NCBI GenBank assembly: GCA_004431415.1
Contig: QPMI01000102.1
Span: 62,001 to 126,000, forward strand
DNA from: Cyanophora paradoxa CCMP329
Taxonomy: Eukaryota > Plantae > Glaucophyta
Direction of reading: 5' to 3'
Length of the DNA stretch: 64,000 nt
A program made the translations under genes and the position numbers. Shown piece by piece: positions 49,201 through 62,971 of this stretch. Numbering within the stretch: position 1 is the stretch's first letter; every line of letters begins with the position of its first letter. The notes under the pieces are model-generated. The model did no database searches. It was not told where the DNA came from and was given only the letters and a program-made list of their open reading frames with translations.

Positions 49201-52200
49201 GTGGCCTTCTGCAGGAGGGCCCGCCGGATGGTGAGGAGCTGCTGCGCCACGACGGAGAGCACCTCGATGTTGATCCGGTTGAACTCGTCGAGGCAGGTCC
49301 ACGAGCCGGCCTGCGCCAGGCCGGCAAAGAGCTTGCCCAGCATCTTGTAGTCGAGCTGGTCCGAGCAGTTGAAGACGACGCACTGGCGCCCGAGGCCCTT
49401 GGCCAGGTCCTTCACCGTCTCCGTCTTGCCCGTGCCGGCCGGTCCGGCCGGCGCCGCGCCGAGCTGCACGTGCAGCGCCCCCGTGATCGTCATGTCTGCG
49501 CGGAGGGGAGCGTGAGCCAGGGCGACGAGACGGCGTGGGGACGAGACGGCGCGGGGGCGGGGCGGGGCGGGGCGGGGCGGGGCGGCGCACAGCAGCGGTC
49601 AGTGAGCGGGGTGATGACGAGGCGGGTCATGGCGCCCATGTACTCGTAGCCGTAGTGGATGACCGAGTTGGACTGGCGCACGAGGAGGTCGTCCTCGTCG
49701 GTGTCCCAGTAGTACCGCAGCTGCATCTGCCACGCGAAGTCGTTGATGGAGGTGATCTTGGAGCGGATCATCGACATGACGATGTCTCGCGCGTGGACGT
49801 CCTGCGTGATGAGCGCGATGATGATGAGGCGCTCGATGGGCGTCAGCTGCCCTCGCACGAGCTCCGCCAGCTTCGTCAGCTGCTGCACGTTCAGGTCGTA
49901 GAACTCCTGCGGGCAGACGGGCGGGCAGCGTCAGCTGGGCGGGTCGGCCCGGGCGGGGGCGCGGCTCGAGCCGCTCGGCCCCACCCACCTGCATGGCGGC
50001 CATCGGGTCGGACGAGGCGAACGCGTCGGCGATGCCCTGGCACCAGTAGACCATGCCCACGGAGACGACGCACTGCGCCGGGTGCTCCCGGATCCACTCC
50101 TCGCGCGGCCGCTTCGGGTAGCTGCGGGAGGGGGGAGGGGGTACGCGTGAGCGGGGGTCCAGAGGAGGGTACGGGCGTAGCGGCTCACTCCTGGACGGCC
50201 TGCTTCATGCGGCGCTTGAGGGACTCGAACATGCTCTTCTCGACCTGGCTGAGCCAGTCCTCGATGTTGCCGCGGGCCTTGAGGTTCTTGCCCAGCTGGA
50301 CCTTCTCGCCCTCGCCGGAGAGCATGTGGAAGATGTCGATCGACTTGGGGTCGTCGCCGAAGTCCAGCTTGTAGATGTCTGCCGCGGCGCCTCAGCGCGG
50401 GAGAGCAAGGGCGGGGCGGCCGCGGCGGCGCACTGTCGAAGCACTTCCGCAGGTGCGGCTGGACCGCCTGCGGGTTCTTCGTCTGCGCCAGGATTTCCAG
50501 GAGCTCGTCGTTGGAGAGGAAGTAGAAGCGGGGGAAGGCCTTGCGCTTCGTCTCCAGGTAGTCCTCCAGCGACTTCTGGATCTTGTCCAGCTTGCCGTTG
50601 TGGCTCTGGAACGTCTCCAGCAGGCCCTTGGCCGTCGTCGCCTTCATCGCGTTGCGCTCGTCGTTCGTGCGCTTCATGATGCCTGCCGAGCGAGGGAGAA
50701 CGCAAGTGAGCAGCGGCGGCGCGGCGAGGGAGGAGGCGGCGGCGCGGCGCACTCTTCCAGGACTTGTCGACGGCGTTGAACATCTTCGCCTCCTGCGGGA
50801 GCTGCTTCTGGATGTCGGGCGCGCCGAAGATGCTCTCAAGGTACATCCACTGCCGCTGGCACGCGAGCCACTCGTCGAGCGTCTCCGACATGAGCCGCAG
50901 CTTGCGCTCCCAGTCCTCCACGTTGGTGCGGAGGGGCGCCACGTAGCGCGAGCCCAGGATCGTCTGGATGGTGACCTGCGACTCCTCGAGCGCGGCGATG
51001 ACCTCGTCGACGCCGCCCAGGATGTAGACCTCCTTGAAGTCCTTGTAGGGCATGGGCACGAACTCCTGGGAGTTCCAGGCGTTCTTGACCTTGGCGAGCA
51101 TCTCCTCCAGCACCGCCTCGTTCGTCGCCTCCGTCGAGACCTGCTCGATCGCCTCCTTGACTGCGGCCGCCCCGTCCGTTAGTCGCTGCGAAGATGGAAG
51201 AACGGATGGGTGGGAACGGGCGCACAGTCCATGACCTTGAGGTTCATGAGGTAGCCGAGGGTGAACTTGTCGTCGCGGACGATGGGCGCCCCGATGGTCC
51301 CCTCGATCTTGCCCCAGTGGCGCTCCTTGAGGGCCGGGTTGCGCAGCGCGTAGACGACCGGCACGGTGTTCTTGAAGGCGACGACCTTGGACTTGAGGAT
51401 GGGGACGACGGGGTTGTCGGGCAGGCCGCGCTCGCACTGCATGACGATCTTGTTGTACTTGGCGACGTGGTTGTTGATCTCGTCGGCGTTGATCGAGTCG
51501 AAGTGCGCGGCGTTCCACTCGGCCGTCATGGCGTCCCAGTCGCGGCGGCCGTGCCACAGGTTGCGCTTCATCTTGATCTCGTCGCCGACCGAGTCGACCT
51601 CCTCGACGCGGACGACGGGGACGTTGAGGACCTGCTGGTAGCGCTCGTACTCCTTCGCCTCCTTCTGCGCTGCGTCGAACGTCTCGCTCAGCTGCTCGAG
51701 GAACTTGATCGCGTCGTCGATGGGCGTGTCGACGTGCTCCAGCTGCGGGTCCTGCGCCGTCTTCGCGATCTCCTCCACGTGCGCCCGCAGGTTCGTGATC
51801 CCCTTGTCGATGTCCTGGCTGAAGCGCTGCGTCTCTGCGACGACGACGACGCGGGCGGCGAGTCAGGAGGGCCGAGCGAGCGGAGCATGGGGCAGCGGCG
51901 GCGGCGGCTATGGCGGCGGGCGAGTGCGCACTCTCCTCCTGGCCGGCTTCGATGACGGAGACGAGGTAGCGGAGCTGGGAGAGGGTCTGCTCGAGCATGT
52001 GGTGGCAGGCCTTGTCGTCGTCCTCGATTTTGACGGACTGCTCGGCCATCAGCTCGTACATGTCCTGCACGGCCTTGAAGCGCGACTGGTACTCGTCGAG
52101 CCGGTCGATCGTCTGCCGCAGGAAGTCGGAGAAGTCGACGAAGAGGGAGACGTTGTCCGGGTTCGAGGCGAGCTTCTCCTGCGCGTTGTTGATCTCCTCG

Positions 52201-54896
52201 AGCAGCTTGTTGTTCTTGTCGCGCGCGAGCTGGGGCAGCAGGATGTGGATCTCCTTCAGGCACTTCTGGGGCGACGGCGTGAGGACCTCCTTCAGCTTCT
52301 TGCTGTCGATGCGGAAGATGCCGATCGACTTGGACGTCTGGATCCTGCGGGGGCGTGAGCGAGGGGCGGGAGCCGGCTCCCGTCGGCGGCGCCGGCGCGG
52401 CGCACCCGTCCACGTCGACCATCTGGGCCTTGTACTTGAGCATCGAGTCCCGGAAGACGTTGAGGGCGGCTTCGCGGAAGCCGTTCTGGATGTCCGTCGC
52501 GGCGTTCTCGAGGAACATGAGCTTGTAGGGCTCGAAGACGAGCACGAACTCGTCGACTTGGCCGTAGTTGTCCGTCAGGTTGTCCTTGATGGACGAGATG
52601 ACCCGCGCGTACTCGTCGTTCTTCTCGATCAGGTCCTTGATCTCGAAGCCCTCGGTCTCCTCCAGCATCCGCTGCTGCTGCCCGTTGATCACGGGCTCGA
52701 TGAAGGGCCGGAGCTCCTCCTGCGCGGCCGCGCGGCGCGGCGTCAGCCCCGCGCGCCAGACCGCTCCGAGCAGGATCGCGAGCGCACGTGGGTCACGAGC
52801 TTGACGACGGAGGAGGCGGTCGTGATGAAGTCGTTGATGACGGCCTCGACAGACTCCATGTACTCCTGGCCCGAGGGCGCCAGCGTGAGCTCGTCGTCCG
52901 CGAAGAGGACCTCGACGAGGTACAGGGGCGAGTAGCTCTTCGCCGCGTCCTGCTGCCCAGCGATCGCGTCCACGCCCTTCTTCGGCTGCTCCTTCTTGCC
53001 CCCCGCCGCCGCCTCCGCCGCCGCCGCCGCAGCCGCCGCCGCCGCCGCCTCCTGCTGCTTCGTGAACTCGACTGCGCCGGGAGCGTCAGCGATGGGAATC
53101 CGAGCGGGGGGCGCTGCTGCGGGCCGCGCCGCGTCGCGCGTGGCGGCGCACTCTCTTCCTTGCGCTTGTTCTCGAAGAGATGCAGCATCTCCGTCGTCGC
53201 GTCGACGACCAGCGCGTGCAGAGTGTCGAGCACCATGTAGTCCGCCAGGCGCATGACTGCGGGAGGGAAAGGGGAGCGGGGAGCGGTGAGCGGAGCGGAG
53301 CGGAAGCCAAGGCACGGCGCCCCCCCCCCACCCCGCCCCGCCCCGCCCCGCCCCGCCCCGCCGCCCCCGCGCCGCGCACAGTTGACTATCTTCTTGTACT
53401 CCTTCCGGAGCTGGGCCATCTGCACGTAGGTCCGCCGCCCGCCGATGCCGCCCGTCGCGCCGAACGCCAGCGACTCGCCCGCCCCCGTGGCGCCCTTGAT
53501 CGGCGGCAGCCGCTGCGAGTACCCCGCGCTCCCGTCGAGCTGCGCGCTCGCCTGAGTGAGCGAGCGAACGAGCGCGGGCGTCGTCCAGGGCGGGGCGGGC
53601 GCTGGGCACCTGGGAGTTCTCGCCGCCCTCGCTCTCCTTCTCGAAGATCTCGAGCGCCTTGTCGCAGGCGCCCTTGACGGAGACGAGGACGCTGTCCTGG
53701 AACGTGAGGAGCTCGTCCAGCGCCTTCTTCTTCTGCTGCTCCTGGACCTTGAGGTACTCCATCAGCGTGAACGTCACCCCGCTCTTGGAGGCCTGCAGCT
53801 TCATCTTGGCGATCTTGGAGCAGAGCTCCCGCACTTCCAGCAGCGACTGGCGGAAGACGGGGTTCAGGATGAAGAGGCTCTTCTCCAGGACGCCCTTGCA
53901 GTGCACGATCTTCTTGTCCCGGATCGTCTTCCGCCAGATCGTGAAGGACTTCCAGGACTGCGGGGCAGAGAAAGAAAGCGCTCAGCGGCGTACGTAAGGA
54001 GCGCTCGGTGGATTCCGGGGCGCACCTTGTACATCCGGAAGAAAGGAATCTCCATGATCAGGCCGAAGAGGTACTGCTCCCTCTTCCACTGGTCCAGCGG
54101 CGTGTAGTCTGCCGCCGGCGTGAGCACGAGGAGCGCAAGAAGAACATGAAAACCGCGCACCCGCTATGCCGTTGACGAAGTGGGTCACGCCGGAGGCGCT
54201 GATCGTGTAGTAGTCGCTCTGGTTGACCTTCGCAAACGGCACGATCTCTAGGTTGTACGGGTTCCAGGTGCCGCCCTTCTGGGCGTGATACGCCACATTG
54301 TTCAGGTAGATGAACTCCGTGTCGCTCTTCGCCTTGCTGAGCACGTCGTCTGCGGGGGCCGGGGGTTAAAAAGGGCGGGCTTGCGAGCGCGCCGGCCTCA
54401 GCGCACAGATGAAGGAGAACTGGTCCCTGCGAGGCGGCTCCGGCGGCTCCGGGCTCGAAGCCGGCGTCCCGCGCGCTCCTGTTTTCCGCTTCTTCTCCGT
54501 GGCATCACCGTCGAACGAGCCGCGGTCGGTGATCAGGCGCTCTGCTGGACCGCCCTCCTTGCGTTTCGCGGTCATCGACATGCTGAAGGGCTCGTGCGGC
54601 GACGGAGAGCGCGGCTGTGCTCGGCTTTGCGGGTTAGCTATCGCTTTGACGAGCGGGTTCGCGCCGCCGGTCCGGTCCGCCTCCCGGGTCTCGTAGACCA
54701 GCCGCGGCCTGAGGGTAGCATTGCCCGCTGGCCGCTGTGGCAGAAGAGGCGCTGCGGGCCCGCCGCCGCGCTTAGCTATTCCTGCTACCAGCGACGGGGG
54801 ACCACGGGTGCCGTATGAGTATAGCCGCGAGAGATTGGCGGATGTTGGGTCTGTATCCAACGGGGCCAGCAAGTGCTGGTCCCCATTCTGCGCCAT
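40860..54896 (-). CDS. Axonemal dynein heavy chain, single-headed inner-arm type (DNAH6-like)
   Basis: P-loops [24 protein letters not shown] and [24 protein letters not shown], the stalk/MTBD region, WVLLQNCHL and C-terminal [15 protein letters not shown]. Confidence 0.97.
43173..43249. repeat. (GA)n/(TC)n microsatellite in a dynein intron
   Basis: Perfect dinucleotide run. Confidence 0.97.
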
Positions 54897-55088
54897 CTCG
54901 GCCTGCCTCGGCCTGCACGCTCCGCGCTCTGAGCGGCTTGCTGTGAGCTTGCACCAGCCTTGTCTACACTAGCATAGCTCGCTGGATGGCCTGCGTGCTG
55001 TCGGTTCTCGGCCGCTTTTGGGCTCTCGCTTCTAAATTAGTGTAGCCCCCCAGCCCAATCTCAAAGTCTCAAAACAGCGAAAGCAGCG

Positions 55089-55827
55089 ATGGAGGCAGCG
55101 TTCGCTGTACCGCTCCCGGCGTCTCGACACCGCTTGGCCTCCGGTGCGCGCCCCGAATGCCCGCGCGCGCGTGCGGGGCGAGGTAACTCGCTGACGCCTC
55201 CCCGCAGGCGCGCCGGTGTACGTGTGCATGCCGCTTGCAGATGCCGATCGGCTGCTGCGGCGCTCCCCCGACCAGCGGCTGCCGCGCGCGATACAGCACC
55301 AGCTGGATCGCCGCTTCGCCCTGGGGCGTCAGCTGCGCGTAGCTAAACGATTGGAGCCCGCATCGTTCACATTCAGCAGCTGCCGCTGCGAGGCGATCGA
55401 GTCCCCGCCGGCCCGCAGCGAGGGCAAGTGGGAGCGCCAGATTCGCGAGGAGGGGGACGCGTTCTACGCGAAGGCGAAGCAGACGTACCTGAAGGACACG
55501 CTCGCGTGCGGAGCGGTCTTCTTCGCGCTCTCCTTCAGCTCCCAATATCCCGAGGAGGTCACCTACAGCTTCCTGTGCGGCGTGGGCCTCGCGGTCGGCT
55601 ACGTCCTGCTCCTCATCCGCAGCGTCGACCGCCTCGGGAAGGACAACTTCCAGCTGTGGACGCTGGGCCGCCTCGCCGTCCTCGCGGCCGGCCTGATCGC
55701 CGTGGACGCGGCCGGGCTCGACTTCTGGGTGGCGTTCCTCGGCTTCCAGACGCACAAGGCGGCGGCCCTGCTGGACCTCTTCCGGACCTTCGTCGCCCTC
55801 GAGTTTGACAAGCCCAACAAGCCTTAG
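55089..55827 (+). CDS. Plastid CGL160/AtpI-like membrane protein
   Basis: Presequence MEAAF…. Four hydrophobic segments with SFLCGVGLAVGYVLLLIRSVDRLG, RLAV and FLGFQTHKAA. Confidence 0.65.
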
Positions 55828-56119
55828 CTAGCTGTAGATGTCCTGGATTAGCCACAGAGTAATTCCGCTCGAACTTGAGATTTGTTTGAAGCTTGGACAT
55901 TTCTATTGCCAGCTTCAGTGCACGTCTTGCCGCATCGATGCCTGTGGTTACTCGTGTGCATGCAGCACAATATCGATGAACTGATGATATTCTTACGTAT
56001 ACGAGACTGCTGGGGCGCGCGGGGGCGCGCCGCGGCGCCGACCTACGAGGCTGGACAAGTATTGTGCCGGAAATTATAGCAGAGCACTAGTACTACGGCT
56101 GGAACTTCTAGCCTCGCCC

Positions 56120-57440
56120 TTAGTCGCGGACGGAGACGAGGGGCACGGCGCCGGTGTCGGAGCCGGGGAGGTACGTGATGCGGGGCGAGTGGGAGAGGAC
56201 GTCGGCGATCTCGCGCGCCGCCTCAATCTTGCGCAGCTGGATGAGGCCCGGGCCGGACTGGACGAGCGCCTCCGAGATCAGCTTCGCCGCCTCCGACTCG
56301 CCCTCGGCGCGGATGACCGCCGCTTGCCGTTCTTGCTCCGCCTGCGACGGAGCGCGCGCCCGTGTAAGCAAGCGAGGTGGAAGGCGCCGGCGAACTAACT
56401 AGCTTACCTTCATCACGACGAACTTCGAGCGCTCGGCCTCCTGCTGGGCTGTGGTGTTGCGGAGTTAGAGGGCACGAGGCGCGCGCGGCCGGGGCCTGCG
56501 GAGCGCACCGACTTGCTTGGCCTCGATGGCGGTCGTAAACTCCTTGCCGAAGCTGAGGTGCGTCTGCGAGCGCGCGCGCGCGCGGGCCAGATGTCGGGCC
56601 GAGAGGACGCCCGCAGCGCGCGCGCGCAAGGGACGGGCGAGCGCACGATGGCGACGTCGTCCACGATGACGTTGAAGTCGCTGGCGCGCTGCGTGAGGGC
56701 CTCCTTGATCTTCCGTGACACTTGCTCACGCTGAGTGAGCAGCTGGTCCGCGTTGTACTGGGCCTGCGGTGCGGCGCGGAGGCTCAGGCGCCCCGCCGGC
56801 TCGCATGCGACGGCACAGCACCGACCACGATGGCCTTCAGGACTTCGTTGCCGATCGAGGGCAGCACGCGCTGGGAGCGAACGTCAAATCCAAGCGTCGT
56901 CGTCGGAACGCGTAATGCACGAAGGCCGGACCTCGTCGTAGTCAAGGCCGTACTGGGTGAAGATGGTGGGCAGGGCCGTAATGACGGGCCGCGACAGCAC
57001 GCGGAGCGACAGGTTCACGGTCTGCAGATCTGCAGGGCCGAGATCGAACGCGGCGGCGCGGCGCGGCAGGCGATGGCGCGGTGCGGACCCTTCGTGCCGG
57101 TCGGCGAGCTGATGGTGCGCGGCTTGATGCGGACGTCATACTGGAACGGCTTCTGCAGCCACGGCACGAGGAAGTGCGTGCCCTCCCTGCGTCCTGCGCG
57201 TCAGAGCACGCGCCGCCCCTCTCCCGATTGCACGGACCCGACGACGGTCTGCTCCACGCCCGTCAGGCGATTGAACAGGATCGCGCGGTGGCCGGCGTCC
57301 ACTGCGTGGCAATGTCAGCGCATTTGACGAGGAAATGCGATGGGCGGCTCGCCGGTGTAGAGGCTGGTCTGCAGGAGGCTGACTCCGGCGCCGAGGCCGA
57401 GGGCCAGGCGGCCGATGCGGCCGAACACCTCGGGGTTCAT
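56120..57440 (-). CDS. PHB1: Prohibitin (PHB1-type)
   Basis: [67 protein letters not shown] and RAEGESEAA. Confidence 0.95.
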
Positions 57441-57786
57441 CCTCAACTACTTCAGATTCCTACGCGGGCGTCAGCGATTGGCACGCGGGTTGTCGATGGC
57501 GCGTGGTCGGCGAACTGGCGCGCCGGACGCGATTTTCTGCAGATCGACGCGTTACGATCCCCTGCGCCGGGCCTGCGGCTCGTGAGGCATCTGCGGCAAT
57601 CTGCGGGGGCGGGGGCGCGTACTTGGTTGAACTGTCTCCGTGAGGAGCCGAACCGTGGGTCGCAGAATTCGTCGAGAAGCGCGGCCAAACCGGCGAGTCC
57701 GCACGCTCCTCCGCTGCCTCTTGGTGACCGATTTGGTTGGCTTGGCTTGGCTGGGAGCGGCGCCAGCCGCCTGACCGCATCCGGCC

Positions 57787-58981
57787 ATGGCGCACGTCGC
57801 GACGGCCGCGCTCGTCCGGGAGTATGCGGCCCTCACGTGGCAGCTCTTTGACTCCGTAGCGGCCCACGCCAGCGCGGCGAACTCGAACGCTCATGTCCAG
57901 CAGCCTCTGCCGCACCAGATCATGGCCCTCATCGTTGAGAAGGACCGGCAGGTCGCCAAGGCGATCCGCGAGAGTGCGCACGCCGCGCTGCGGTCGCGGG
58001 ATGCGCCCCTGAGACGCGCCGCAGCCCAGGAGCACCTCGTGTTCCAGCAGCGCATCGAGTCGGTCAAGGACGAGATCAAGCAGAAGGAAACCGTCCTCTT
58101 GAATCTCGCCGACAAGCTGCGGACGATGGAGCAGAGCATCGAGGGCTTCCTGCGCTCGTCGCAGTCCGTGCTCCCCGCGCGGCAAGGTGAGCCGCCGGGC
58201 GGCCGGGTGCCGCCGCGCAGCGCTCCGGCGTGGAGGCTGACGCGCCCGCTCTGCAGAGCCGCTGGACCCGGACGACATCATCGCGTACGCGCGCAAGCTG
58301 AGCTATACGACCTCGGCCCCGCTGGGCTTCAAGCCCGACCAGCCCCTGCGGACCTTCAGGCCACCAGCACCGCACGAAGGCATGATGCGAGCAAGCATAC
58401 TGTACAGAGAGCTCAGGCCAGGTGCCGTCCCCGGGCGCCGCTCGGGCGGCCGCGGCGCACCCCCGCCTCGTCTCACGGCGGCCTGCTCGCCCCGCCTCAG
58501 AGAGCGAACAGCCGGCGGTGCCCCAAGGCCCGACGCCGAACGCCCCCTACCGACCCTTCCTCCCCGCTGCACAAAGCACCGCCGCGCCGCAGCTCTTCCC
58601 CACCGGTGAGTCCTTGGCATGGACGCTGATAGAACTTCGTTGAGCGAGGAGAGGGGGGTCTCGCGGGCCGCCCTGCGCGCGCTGACCCTTCAATCTTCGG
58701 CCAGAACCACAAGCCCCCACCATCCCCGGACCCCCGCCCGGCTGGAGCGCGACCGACAACCTGCTCTTCAACATCCCCCCTCCTCCCCCCGGTACGAGCT
58801 GCTCTGGGGCATCCAGCGCCACCGCATCCGCGCTTGACGCCCCAACTTTGTCAACGCAGACTGGAAGCCCGGAGACCCGATCGCAATCTCGCAGCCGCTG
58901 CCGACTTCCGACGCGCACGCGGCGAGCCACACGGCGATGGACGTCGACCTCCTCGGCAGCGACGACGACGACGACGACTGA
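57787..58981 (+). CDS. MED4: Mediator subunit 4-like protein
   Basis: Coiled coil, DDIIAYARKLSYTTSAP, FRPPAPHEGMMRASIL, proline-rich WKPGDP region and acidic tail. Confidence 0.8.
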
Positions 58982-59227
58982 CCTGTTAATGTTATGATTA
59001 GCGCTGCGCTTGTCTGAGGGAACGGACTAGGTAGCCGCATCCACGATTTCCGCCCTGGATTCGCGCCGGTGCCTAGCTGCGCTGCTCGGGCGCCTCGTCT
59101 GGGCAGACGGGACAATGCATATGGAGCTGATTGGCAGTATTAGCCGTAGTGGGGGAATGCGCGCGCGCGCGCTCGACGGCGATCAAATTTGATGCTTCGG
59201 AGCGGGGTACTCAGTTCGCTGTGCAAA

Positions 59228-62200
59228 ATGGTGCGCCGCCCGCCACCTGCGGCCGGAGCCGCAGCTGACGCCGTGCCAGGCGACTGTCGCGCAGAATGCC
59301 GTTCTCATCGTCATCGATGGCTGGGGCATCCGCGAGGACCCGTACGGGAACGCGATGTGCGCCTCTTGACCCTTGCCGGCGCGGGGCCTTCGCGCGCCGA
59401 TAGACAGCTAGCGTTCTCAATAGACCGTTTACGCCTGCGGAGCCCCGCGTCATGGTCTCCCGTCGAATGTGCCGGCGAGCGATGACACCGATGTGCGCAG
59501 CCATGCCGCCAAGACGCCGTGCATGGACGCGCTGAAGAAGGATGCCAACTGGGCGGAGGTTGACGCGTCCGGCCTCGCCGTCGGCCTTGTGCGCGAATCG
59601 TTGCCCCTCGCGTCGCGATCTGACGCGGCGGCGGCTCTCGCGTGCAGCCTGAGGGCCTCATGGGCAACAGCGAGGTCGGCCACCTCACCATCGGCGCGGG
59701 CCAGGTTCGCTCGCTCGCTCGCGCTCGCGCCCATATCCGCGCCGACGCCGCCGGCCGCCCAGGTCCAGTACCAGGACCTCGTCCGCATCAACCTGGCGGT
59801 CAAGGACGGCAGCCTGAAGCGCAACAAGGCCCTCACCGAGGCCTTCGCGAACGCCAAGGCCAAGTCCGGCCGCCTCCACTTCCTCGGCCTCCTCAGCGAC
59901 GGCGGCGTGCACAGCCACATCGACCACCTCTTCGCGCTCCTGGAGTACGCGAAGGACGCCGGCGTGCCGAAGACCTTCGTTCAGGCCTTCACCGACGGGC
60001 GCGACACGCCCCCGGACAGCGGTGTTAAGTACATCCAGCAGCTCCTCGACCACATGAGCAGTGCGCGCGCACCGCCCAGCGCTCAGCCGCGCCGCCACGC
60101 CGCCGCCCGCGCAGCATCTAAGAGCGCGCGCAGGCATCAAGTACGGCTCGCTCGCGTCCATGTGCGGCCGCTACTACGCGATGGACCGCGACAAGCGCTG
60201 GGAGCGCGTCCAGGTCTCCTACGAGTCCCTCGTGGCCGGCAAGGGTACGCTACCTCAAGCTACCCATTCCTTCGCGCCCCGCGCCGCCCTGCGGCTCATC
60301 CGAGCGCGCCCTCAGGCGAGGAGCTCAAGGCGGGCGAGAGCCCCATCGACTTTATGAAGAAGAAGTACGCCGAGAAGGTCCGCTAAGCTTTCTCTTAATT
60401 TAAATACCTAAGCATCTCAGCTTAAGATGCTTACATGATTAAAGCTGCTTATCATCAGCTTCGTAGCGTCTTAAGCTAACTTTAATCATCAGGAGCTCGA
60501 CGAGTTCCTTAAGCCCGTCATCTGCGACAAGGACGGCCTTATCCAGGTGCGCCTGCGCCGGGGCGAGACGGGCCGGGCCGGGCCGGGCCGGGCCCCGAAG
60601 CCGGCCGGCGCCCGGCCCCCGTTGTGCGTCTCGGGGCCCGCCTCCGCTGACCTGTACCCCCCGCCCCCCCTCAGAGCGGCGACACCCTCGTTTACTTCGA
60701 CTTCCGCTCCGACCGGTGCCTTTACCCCTCTCTTCCCCCCCCCCTCTCCTTCCTCCGTCCCCTGCACCTATCATACCCCTGCCCCTGCCCCCACTCCCGC
60801 CCCTCCTCCTGACCCTCCCCCCCCTCCCCCCCTCCCCCCCCCCCCCCCCCAGGATGCGGGAGCCGGTGGAGACGATGGCGGTGAAGCGCAACTTCGAGAC
60901 GACGGTCGAGCACCCCAAGGACCTCCACGTCGTCCAGTTCACCCAGTACAGTGCGCGCAGCTTTCCCGGCCCAGTGCACGAGGCGTCCAGAGACGTCTAG
61001 GCACGCTCTACTAGACTACTAGGGTCTAGCTAGCTAGTACAGTGCGCCAGCGCAGTTTACTCGTACTAGACTCGCTCTACTAGACTACTAGAGTCTAGCT
61101 ACATTGCGCCCCGCCCCGCCCCTTCGCGAGGCGTCTAGGCACGCTCCACTAGACTCGTAACTGTTCGGAGGACGGTGGCGTTGCTTTGCTTTGCATTGAG
61201 GGCTGACGCGCGCGCGCGCGTCGGGCAGACTCGTCGTTCCCGCTCCCGATCATCTTCCCGCCCCAGGAGATGACCAACGGCATCTCCGAGTGGCTCTCCA
61301 AGAAGAAGGTCCGCCCCGCCCCGCCCCAGCCCGGCCCGCCCCGCCCCGCCCCGCCCCGCCCCGCCCAAGCCTTCTAGAGGGTCAGTCTGGTTCAAGAAAG
61401 CTCGCCGTCGTGTGCTGTATCCGTGGCTGCAGCTGACCGGGTCGCCCGTGGCCCCGCCCCACCCAAGCCTTCTAGGGAGGGAGCCCGAGTCTTGTCGGGG
61501 TCTTGTCGAGAGCTCGAGCCTTCCAAAGCTAGAGAGCCGACCTTTTGCGTTATGAGCTGCAGCACCTTTCGCGAGCTGTTTATGCGCCCGTAGCTGCAGC
61601 TAACCGAGCAGCTGACCGGGTCCCCGCGCCCCCCGCAGATCCGGCAGTTCCACACGGCGGAGACGGAGAAGTACGCGCACGTGACCTTCTTCTTCAACGG
61701 CGGCCGCGAGCTCCAGTTCGAGCTCGAGGAGCGCGCCATGGTCCCCTCCCCCAAGGTCCGTCCGCCGGGGCGCCCCCTCCCTCTCCTCCAGACGCAAGCT
61801 TCCAGTACGATAAGCCTCCAGAAGCTTAAGCTCAGACTTCCGATAAGCTTGGCTTAGAGGGCTCGCCCCGGTCTGAGAGCCGCGTCCTCGCCCAGGTCGC
61901 GACGTACGATCTGGAGCCGAAGATGAACGCGAACGGCGTGAAGGACTCGCTCATCGAGGCGATGCGGACGGGCAACTACCCCTTCCTCATGTGCAACTTC
62001 GCCCCCCCGGACATGGTCGGCCACACCGGCAAGTTCGACCCCGCCGTCATCGTGCGTACCCCCCCCCCCCCCCCCCCCCCCGCCCACTCCGCTCCACCTC
62101 ATATGCCTTCTTCGAGCAGGCCGTCGAGGAGACGGACCGGTGCATCGGGGAGATCCACGCGGCCTGCAAGGAGCTCGGCTACGCCCTCCTCATCACCGCC

Positions 62201-62674
62201 GACCACGGCAACGCCGAGGCGCGTTTGTCTGTGTATATCGTCTCTCGCGCCCCTCTGCGTATCATAGTATCTCCCTACGCCCCTGCGCTCTGAACGCTAT
62301 CAAACAACCATAGTATCTCCCTATCATAGAACCCTGAACGCTGCGTGTATCATAGTATCTCCCTCCGGAGACTCGAACCCTGAACCCTGCGCCCGCGCCC
62401 GCAGGTCATGAAGACGGAGGCGGGGGAGCCCGTGACGTCGCACACGACCTCGCCCGTGCCCTTCGTCCTGTACGACCCGCGCGGCAAGGCCAAGTTCACC
62501 CGCACCAAGGGCGAGGTCGCCGGTGCGCAGACAGCCGCCTCTTCTTTCCTCCGTCCGTTCGTTCCATCTCTCCCGTTCTGAAAGCGGTTCGAACGATCAG
62601 ACGTGGCGCCGACGCTCCTGAAGCTCATGGGCATCGAGATCCCCGCCGAGATGACCGGCAAGAGCATGATCTAA
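59228..62674 (+). CDS. gpmI: 2,3-bisphosphoglycerate-independent phosphoglycerate mutase (cytosolic)
   Basis: [63 protein letters not shown] and TADHGNAE. Confidence 0.97.
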
Positions 62675-62971
62675 TCTGAGCATGATCTATCTGAGGAGGC
62701 TGTCCGGCCGCCGGCCGCCGGGCTGTGTTTAACCCGCAGCTCAGCGGCTGGAACCTGGCCGGCCTTTGCGTCGCTGCGCGCTCGTGTCGCGAAATCGATG
62801 CAGCTAGCGCAGCTTGTGCTTTATGATCAATGAAAAGTCAACGTAAGTAAAACAGGCCCGTGCGGCGCTGGCGACGCTTCCATGGCAGAACTGTACACGT
62901 AACCTTGCATTTGATCGATTGATTGAACGATTGGTCGAGGCCGGCGCGAGGCCGGCCCCGGGGTGCACGGT

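Noticed and set aside
62325-62392. GAACCCT units resembling telomeric repeats (also GTTCAG repeats at ~31630)
   Set aside because: Only 2-4 imperfect units; not distinguishable from ordinary slippage.
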